The notes under the pieces: model-generated
What the model was told of the DNA's origin: nothing
Database searches by the model: none
Seen by the model: the letters and a program-made list of their open reading frames with translations, nothing else
Position numbers and translations under genes: made by a program
Part shown: positions 59,240-64,000 of the stretch, one piece after another
Layout: every line of letters starts with the position of its first letter
Position numbering within the stretch: position 1 is the stretch's first letter
Assembly (NCBI GenBank): GCA_013239625.1
Contig: MU054187.1
Location: forward strand, 5,591,757-5,655,756
Direction: 5' to 3'
Source: Lama guanicoe
Lineage: Eukaryota
DNA: 64,000 bases

Positions 59240-61990
59240 CTACAAAAATAAAGTGACACAGGGAAATAAAAAACAAAGGCAAAGAATAATCTAAATAAAG
59301 TCAAGGTTGAAAAAATAAAATTCAAGCGAAAAGCAATAAAAGGGATCAAGAGGAACATTTTATGTTGAGAAAAAGTTCACCAAAAACATACAGCAATTAT
59401 GAATTTGGCTACAGTATACAATGTATCTCAAAATAAATAGAATAAAAATGAACAGGATCACAAGGAGAAACTGACATCATAGTAATAGTGGGAAATTTTA
59501 GCTTTACTCTCAAACTGATACATCAAGGGGACAAAAATGACAGAAGATTTGAAGAATAACTTGAACAAACAAATAGATGCAGAAATAGATCAGTGCCAAA
59601 GAATTCCTATTACATATGCCATCTCTCAAATTGGGAACCAAATTCTAATATATAGCTTCCTCTGGCCCCTAAAATTGTATGAATACAAAAAAACACACTT
59701 CTAAATAATTTATTAGCTACAAAATCTTAATAAAAAGTACAAATTTTGGAACACTGAAATAGTACATAATGAAAATTGTATAATATGGATAAAGAAATAT
59801 TTAGAAGGAAGTTTATACTTTTAAATTTCCATATTAGAACTAAATAATACTTGAAAATAAACGAGCTAAGCATTCAACTTAAAAAGGTAGAAAATAATGA
59901 AGTAAACTTAACAAAAACAGACAGAAGGAAGGAAAAATAAAAATGAAAGCAAATTTTTTATTAAACAGAAAACACAAAAGCATACACAAATATGTACACA
60001 AAACAGTGGATAAGAGCAACATAACAGGAATCTGGATTTTTTTGAAATGGAAGAGAAAATATTCTGGCAAGATTAATCATAAAAAACATAATAATATTAA
60101 GAATTGAATAAAGGACATAACTACAGACAGATTAAATATTTTCATTCAAAGTGGCATACAATGAATAGCATGTTAATAATTATGAAAACAGCTAAAATTG
60201 ATCATTTTCTTGGAAATTTTAAGAATTCAAAAATTAAATTAAGAACAAAATAAAACCTCAAATAGCTGAGTAAGCATTAAAGGAAAATCTGCCTCCAGGA
60301 AGTCACTATGCCTAGGTGATTTTAAAATGTACTAAATCTTCAAGTAATTAAAAAAGTCCTAACTTATGCAAAAGGTTCCAGAGAATAGAAAAAGAAGGAC
60401 GGAGTAGAAGAAGAAAATAAAATTTTGTGAATCCCACCCAACAGTAAATTAAAATATAAGATATTGCAATGTAGTAGCACATGTCTCAGGAATTCAAGAC
60501 TAGTTTAACATCAGGTAATTTGTGTTAATTGCTACATTGCCAGATTAAAAGAAAAGAAACACAAAGAAGAGTCATTCAATAAAAATTTAGTATCCATTCA
60601 TGATAAAGACTCTTAGGAAACAACTTTTAGAAGGGATTTTCCACAGCTCAATAAAGAGGATTCACCTTGTCATCTAGCATCATGCTCATGGTAAACTTTT
60701 AAAAGCAGAAGCACTAAACTCAGGAATAAGACCATGAGGGCCACTAGCAATCCTAATAGTCAACACTGTACCAAAGGATTAGCCATTGTAATAAGACAAG
60801 ATAAAAAATTGGTAAAAAAAAATTGGAAAGGAAAGACCAAAACTGCCGTTACTTGCATACAGTGTATTTGTTTGCACAAAACCCAAAAAAATCAACAGGT
60901 AATTCTTAAAACTAGTTTGGAAGACCAGAGAGATTGCTAGACACAAGTCAGTATGCAAAAATTAATAACATTTAAAAATGCCAGCTATATTCAAATAAAA
61001 AATACAATAAAAAATATTTTATTTATAATAGCAATAAAATCTATAGAGTATCAGGGAAGCCAGAAATTGTCTTTGCACAATGACTAGAATTTATGGAGTC
61101 AGATTAATTGGGCTTCAATTCAGCTCCTCCAGTTAGTAACCTCATGACATTGATCAAATTACTCAATCTCTCTCAACTTTGATTTTCTCATCTGAAAAAT
61201 GAGAATAACACTTGGCATTATTCTCAGAGGGTTAATGTACAGATGAAACGAAATAATACAAATTATCTAAAATGGTTCTGGCTCAATCTGTGCAGTAGTA
61301 GTTGCAACATTTGTAATATACATTATAGGCAAAATTTATATGGAAAAACTTGCAAAATTTTATTCATGGACATAAAAGAAATACCCAAATAGAAAAATAT
61401 TTGGGGAGACATGACCATTTTTTGAAAATGTTGAAGTTCCCCATTTTAGTCAATTAATTCAAATCATTTCCGATCAAAATGCCAACAAGATTTTATGGAC
61501 TTCAAATATTAAATCTAAAATTTGTAAGGAAGAATAAAGGCATGAGAATAACCAAATACAATTTTGAAGTACACCAAGAAGGGTACTAGGAATCAAAGTG
61601 TATTACAGAGCTACAGTAATCATACAAAGAGTATGACTGGTTAAGGGGATGGATCAAAAACAGTTCCCTATGTACATATGAACTTGGCATTTGATAGCAT
61701 TAAAATAAGTGAGGATTGCTTCTTCAATAAATGGGAAAACTGCTCTTCCTATGAAATACTGCAAAAGTAGATCTTTATGTCACAGCAAGCACATTTAAAA
61801 ATTCAAGAACAAATTGAAGATGAAAATGGTCAAATAATTAAAAGGAAAATACCTTTACATACTACCATGGTAAAGGTCAAAATTACCTTGCATGAATTGA
61901 TCTATTTGCAGATAAATATTTACAAGACAAAATTTATGTAACATTTTTGAAACACACAGAACAATACTCCTTTCTATTTTATGTACTTGA
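59240..61990 (+). mobile_element. Old degenerate L1 ORF2 (L1ME-like) with nested MIR at ~61060-61310
   Basis: A-rich L1 motifs (gtaatagtgggaaatttta, gaaggaagtttata, ttccagagaatagaaaaaga, tatccattcatgataaa, ttcttcaataaatgg); MIR core ttttctcatctgaaaaatgag. Confidence 0.8.
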
Positions 61991-64000
61991 ATGTGAATCT
62001 ATTACAATGGATATTAAGAGCACATATCAAACTCATAATTTTAGGTTCCAAAGAAAAGATAGAGAGGTAGCTGATAGAGGGAAATTCAGCTTTATATTTA
62101 ACGTATTTTTTAACAAATACCATCAGAAAAAGAATTGAAATCAAAACATATTTTCAAATGTTCACAAAATGCAACAATAGAATCTCCAGTGGTTAAAATC
62201 TGCCAGACAAACTTCAGATGAGAAGGGACAGACAGTACAGCCCAGCTCTGCTCCCGAGAAACATGCTTTTCTTTCCAACTCGACTTCAACAACCGCCCCA
62301 CAAGCCCCAGTGGGGAAGGGGGAGGATGTTATTCCTCCTTTACACTGGCTCAAACAATATTATTTTTTGAACTATCTGCACCATGACTAATTTTTTAAAT
62401 CTCAGAGAAAACTTTGTGCCGGGAGATCGCAAAGAGAAAATAAATCCAGTACGGTGATTCTGAGCGACGTGGCTCAGAGCTCAGATGCCCTGGCATTCCC
62501 ACTGAGCCAAACTGCCCTCCCACTCTTCCTGCTTTCCCTCTGGTCCAGCTGAAGAAGTGTCGCTGCCACAAAACAATCCAACCCATCCACTTGTGTTTGA
62601 ATCCTATCTCCTTTCGCCTTGTCAAGGTCTCTCTTCTGCAGAAGAGTGACTCCTGTGTGGTTTGCTGTATTAGGGGAGGGAGTGGCTGCTCTGTCCCTGA
62701 TAGGAAGGCAATTTACCATCCCCTGCAACACGCACCCCATACCCACAGGAAAGTCTGCAGAACAGCGGGCAGATTTTTGTTGCTTCTTCATTTTCACTGA
62801 AAAATTGAGTGAAGTCATGTGTTTTTTTTTTAACTTACGTGATGAAAATTATTTTCCAAATCATCCCCTACTGAATAGTAAAGGCAGAATCATTCTGGAA
62901 AGACTGATCTATAAATATTGCTAACATAAACATATCCACTTGTAGGTATTAACAGCAGTCTCTTTTCTCGTGGGCCAGATGCTACAAATAAAACAGTATG
63001 GATGGGCAACATGCCCCTTCTGTCCCAACAAAGCCCAGATCATCCTTTAATCAACAAGTTGCTGTGCTTTTAAAAGAGCTTTCTTTTTTCTGAAAGAGAA
63101 AACTAGCGACATCTCTTCCAGTTAATTATCTCTTCTCTTCGTAATTGGGAAGAGGATTTAAAATCAAGCATAACAAAAATTTGACCTCAGTTCAAAACAG
63201 AAACCTTGGGCAATTGTTAAACAGTGTGGCTTTTTGAGCAGTTAATACTATTTTCATCCTCATAAAATTCCAACTCTGTCAAACAAGGAAGGTGGCAAAA
63301 GCCAAGAAATACATATCCTACCACTTTCACTTTTATGATTTTGGAAACCATTAAATAACTGAAGAAAATTGAAATGCAGCCAAGTAGGAGAGAAAATGGG
63401 ACTCTGTCTTTAAGCTAGGGAGAAAAACAAAACCCAATCATTCCAAATGTATTGCTTTAGTCGTCTGGTTTCATTCTATTAATGACCTTTAACATCTGCA
63501 AAAATATTGTGAAAGCTAATTTTGTTTGTACTGAGGTGGTGCAGAACAGTTTCTGGCTGTCACTCTAGGATGTGCTATAAAATAAAATTGTCTTTCTGGG
63601 AGTCTGACAAAAACCTACTGTACAGATCCAGTTTATTTACAACATCTAGGAATGAAAAGAAAACAGAGTTTTACAACATGCCAACATGCGAAAAATGAGT
63701 GGTACTTACCCATTTGTTTGTGTCTGTTAGCAACACCACATACAGATATCTCCCAAAATTAAAGATTTTTTAATAATATTTTATGGCATTCAACAAAATT
63801 CTAACCAGCAAAACTATTTCTCAATAAATGTTATGCTGTGAAAATATGAGAACGTGTTATTCAACAGAATATGTTTTGATTTACTGCAGGAGCGCTTTAG
63901 AAAGGCGGAATGGCCTCATTTCCTCATTTTGACAAGCCTTATGTTTCTGTTAATTAAGTAGAAATCTTGGAAAAGAGGTAGTGTCATCAGGGTTAATGTA

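Noticed and set aside
63700..63760. Minus-strand donor site (TGG|gtaagt)
   Set aside because: No convincing acceptor upstream within the window.

Overview
This is AT-rich mammalian genomic DNA, most likely from a camelid: it carries three tRNA-Ala-derived SINEs of the vic-1 type plus cetartiodactyl-type L1 3' ends. I recognise no protein-coding gene, intact RNA gene, CRISPR array or prokaryotic system. The six-frame ORFs are short chance ORFs or transposon and microsatellite artefacts. A large part of the window is interspersed repeat: L2, MIR, old and young L1, MaLR/ERVL/ERV1 LTRs, and MER5/MER20/MER53 DNA transposons. It also holds microsatellites, one small orphan CpG island (~56.2-56.55 kb) and several repeat-free blocks. 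The best-supported observations are structural: (1) four TSD-flanked L1 3' stubs all truncated at the same G-rich tract, one with a twin-priming micro-inversion; (2) a near-identical 250-bp tandem duplication; (3) a near-full-length L2 split by an ORF2-deleted L1 with further nested insertions. Candidate spliced exons and small ORFs are speculative. Repeat family names come from recalled consensus sequences, not a database search, and boundaries of old repeats are approximate.
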